Assembly: GCF_004010195.1 (NCBI RefSeq)
Contig: NC_057759.1
Location: 5,145,047-5,209,046 of the forward strand
Length of the DNA stretch: 64,000 nucleotides
Source: Chiloscyllium plagiosum
Lineage: Eukaryota
Direction of reading: 5' to 3'
Shown here: piece by piece, positions 60,346 to 64,000 of the stretch
Numbering within the stretch: the first letter of the stretch is position 1
Layout of the letters: each line of letters starts with the position of its first letter
The notes under the pieces: model-generated
Seen by the model: only the letters and a program-made list of their open reading frames with translations
What the model was told of the DNA's origin: nothing
Database searches by the model: none
Translations under genes and position numbers: made by a program

Positions 60346-61959
60346 CCAACAGGACCTCAAAATGGACTCATGGCAGCAGTGCAGTTGGAGTTGAGTTTTG
60401 GCTGGTGTGGTACCCAATGGCACCAGCGGCTACTGCACTGGCGAGGGTGTTGGTGGAGGTGAGTTGACGTCGAAGAATGGCATCTTTCATTCCAGCGGCA
60501 GCGATGGGGCAAGGCAGACTGATGCTTGGCCCACATGCCCATGGGCCGTAGCAGAGCACTTCACAAGAAGAATTGAATCATCATCTTTCTCCATTTTTCC
60601 ATTTTTCTGTCTTTATTTTCCTGTGTTTCAAGATGGTGCCGGAGAGTGGCGACGTTATGCAACACGTTTCGCTGTATTTTGTAACAGAATACATATGATA
60701 ATAAACAAATAAATACAATATTTGGGACAAAGATGTTTCTTTGCAAAAATGATATCAGTGAACTTTTCCTTAAATGTAAGGATTCTCACCAAGAATTAAT
60801 TTACCATAAAATTACAATACACTATTTCCTATTACTATGATGGAGGAGCTGTGGATGGTTGGGTCTTGGACACTGGCCTTGAGGAACTTCTGCAGAGATG
60901 AGATGGCTGGCCGCCAACAGCTACAACATCTGCCTTTGCATCTTAAAATCCACCCCTCTGATCAAATGTTTTGGCTACCTTTCCTCTGGGCCCCTTTCTC
61001 TTTCACCAGTTTCTAGTTCTTACCCTCTAAGATGGACATGTTCAGAACAGTTCAGCTTTGGTACTAGTTCCTCGATCAGCAGCTCGAGTACTGGTGGCAC
61101 TTGAGGATATGTTCGCTGAGCTGAGAAGTTAGTTTACAAATAGCACAGCCAACACACGCATAACAACTGCACTGGTTCCTCATTGCAAGCTTTGACTTTC
61201 AGATAACAAACAAATGTATGTTTTAAACACAAATTTAAATTGTGGTTAATGGCTCATTTTCCTACCAAACAAAGAAAATGCCTCACTGGCCTAGAAATCT
61301 CTGCTCATTGCACGGTCTAAATGGGGCACATAATTATCAGGAAAATCAGAGACTTTGTATGTTGGGTTGGGAACTCTGACTTGAAATGTCAACTCTGTTT
61401 CTCTCTCTCTCTGTCCACAAACATCGCTCCACCAGCCTGAGATTTCTCCGTACTTCTTTGATTTTATTTCAGATTGCTCTCTCTTCACTTTTACTGTAAG
61501 TGTTAGTACAGCATTCATTCGGATTCACTTCACTCCAATCCTTGTTCTGTGTTGTTCACATTACAGTTTTCAGAACTTGGTTCATGATTGGACTCCAAAA
61601 ATCAGGGTTGGAACATTCTGCTAATGGTAGGTAGCACGAGCTAAATAGAACGGAGCATTTTTTCAAGCAACTTTTGTGACAGGAGTACAAGGGAGCAGGC
61701 CTAGATTTAAATGTAGATTTTATTGCCGTGTGTACTTGAGTACAGGAATACAGGAGTGCAGTGAAGAGTGTACAAAGTCGTCATTCTCTGGTACCACCTT
61801 ACTATACAAAAGCCAAAAGAAAAAGAAACATCTTGATTCCACTATTCCCTCCCACCCCGCTCTGCCATGAATCCTCACCCCCACCAGGAAAACGCACTCA
61901 CACAAAGTCCACCCCTCAGTCTGTAAACACTCAGGCACTCCAGGTACCCACATGCCGCA

Positions 61960-63522
61960 ACATCTGGAACACCACCGCGTCCAGATCACCATTGCACCTG
62001 GAACACCACCGCATCCGGAACACCACCGCATCCAGGACACCACCGCATCCGGAACACCACCTGTCTGGAGCACCATTGCATCTGGAACACCATTGCGTCT
62101 GGAACATCATCACATCCAGAACACCACTGTATCTTGAACATCATTGCGTCCGGAACACCACCGCATCCAGAACACCACCGCATCTGAAACACCATCACAT
62201 CCGGAGCACCACTGCGTCCGGAACGCCACCGCATCTGGAACACAACCACATCTGGAACACCACCGCATCCGGAATACTACCGCATCTGGAATGCTAACAC
62301 ATCCGGAACATCACCGCTTCTGGAACACCACCGCGTCTGGAACATGACCGCATCTGGAACACCACCACATCTGGAACACCACCGCATCTGGAACACCATT
62401 GCGTCCGGAACACCACCACATCCAGAACACCACCGTATCCGGATCACCACCACATCCAGAACACCACCGCGTCTGGAACACATTGCATCCGGAACATCAT
62501 CGCATCCGGAACACAACTGCATCCGGAACAACACCGTGTCCGGAACACCACCATGTCCGGATCGCCAACACATCTGGAACACCATTGCATCTGGAACACC
62601 ACCACGTCCAGAACACCACCGCATCTGGAACACCACCACATCCGGAACACTACTGCGAATGGAACGCCACCGCATCTGGAACACTACCGCATCTGGAACA
62701 CCACCGCGTCCGGAACACCACCGCGTCCGGAACACCATCGCGTCTGGAACACCACCGCGTCTGGAACACCACCGCGTACGGAACACCACCGCATCTGGAA
62801 CACCACCGCGTCCGGAACACCACCGCATCCGGAACACCACCGCGTCCGGAACACCACCGCATCCGGAACACCATTGCGTCCAGAACACCACCGCGTCTGG
62901 AACACCACCTCATCCAGAACACCACTGCGTCCAGAACACCATTGTGTCCAGAACATCATCGCATCCAGAACACCACTGCATCCGGATCACCACCACATCC
63001 GGAACACAACCGCATCTGGAATACCACTGCATTCGGAACACCACCACGTCCGGAACACCACCGCATCCGGAACACCACCGCGTCTGGAACACAACCGCAT
63101 CTGGAATACCACTACATTCGAAACACCACCACGTCCGGAACACCATTGCATCCGGAACACCACCGCATCCAGAACACCACTGCGTCCAGAACACAACCGC
63201 ATCTGGAACACCATTGCGTCCGGAACATCATTCCATCCAGAACACCACTGCATCAGTAGCACCACCGCATCTGGAACACCACTGCGTCTGGAACATCATA
63301 GCATCCAGAACACCACCACATCCGGAACACCACCGCATCCAGAACACCACCACATCCGGAACACCACCACATCCGGAACACCACCGCATCCGGAACACCA
63401 CCACATCCGGAACATCACCTCCGGAACACCATTGCGTCCGGAACACCACCGCATCCGGAACACCACCGTGTCCAGAACACCACCACGTCTGGAACACCAT
63501 TGCGTCCGGAACACCACCACAT
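61960..63522. repeat. 17-bp minisatellite, consensus CCGGAACACCACCGCAT, about 90 units
   Basis: Tandem units with CpG-type variants; translations repeat every 17 aa (3 units). Confidence 0.95.
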
Positions 63523-64000
63523 TTATAACTCATTCCTAAGCGAAGCCTCAATCACATTGCTGTGGGTCTGGGGTCACATGTAGGCCAGACCAGGCAAGGA
63601 TGGTAGTTTTCTTCCCTAAAGGACGTTAGTGAGCCAGATGGATTTTTTTTCCCCGACAATCAACAATGGATTCATGGTCATCATTAGACTCCTAATCCCA
63701 CCACTCAAACCAAGGTACCCAGAACATTATCTGGCTCTCCGGTTTAATAGTCCTGCAATAATAACACCAGGCCATTTCTTCAGCTTCTGAAGAAGATCAG
63801 AGGATCAGAGTAATTCAAGTGAACAAAGGCAGGATGACAACAGGAACAGTGTTATATCTGTAGAGAGAGAGAGGACTTGGGCAGTGGTCAGTGCTGATTG
63901 GTCATGATCTTCTCAAACCCCAGAGATACCAAGCCTGACTGTCATGATTGTCACAGGCATTGGTTAACTTATTCAATCAGCTTAGCATAAAATCACTCCT

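Noticed and set aside
61761..63551. His/Pro/Thr-rich ORFs up to 394 aa; superficially CRISPR-like periodicity
   Set aside because: Translations of a 17-bp tandem repeat with no unique spacers; the sequence is eukaryotic.

Overview
Repeat-rich vertebrate genomic DNA, almost certainly a shark or other elasmobranch (HE1-type tRNA SINEs, CR1 LINEs, Penelope elements; three N-gaps). The main host feature is a minus-strand multi-Ig-domain receptor gene of Fc-receptor-like (FcR/FCRL) architecture, rebuilt here exon by exon. It has a split signal peptide (31-nt S1 at 28760-28790 and a 30-nt S2 mini-exon at 23806-23835), followed by phase-1 Ig exons at 19517-19790, 15253-15540, 8837-9103, a decayed one starting at about 5424, and 810-1138; the gene runs off the left edge. 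It carries a +1 frameshift in the first Ig exon and a 41-bp micro-duplication with a stop in the last, so it is probably a pseudogene or null allele. Faint remains of further minus-strand Ig exons lie at about 40.6-41.6 kb and 51-52.3 kb. The most unusual mobile element is a 1.9-kb intronic retroposon (2882-4789, minus). It starts at nucleotide 1 of U2 snRNA, encodes only a Tx1/Keno-type (ZCCHC3-like) ORF1, has no ORF2, and ends in AATAAA plus an A-rich tail. Also present are two internally deleted class-I ERV copies with env and 3' LTR, solo LTRs (one followed by a tRNA-Arg PBS), many Penelope terminal modules carrying minimal hammerhead-ribozyme cores (several as fold-back hairpins), and a 17-bp minisatellite. 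Repeat boundaries are approximate and family names come from motif recognition, not from searches.
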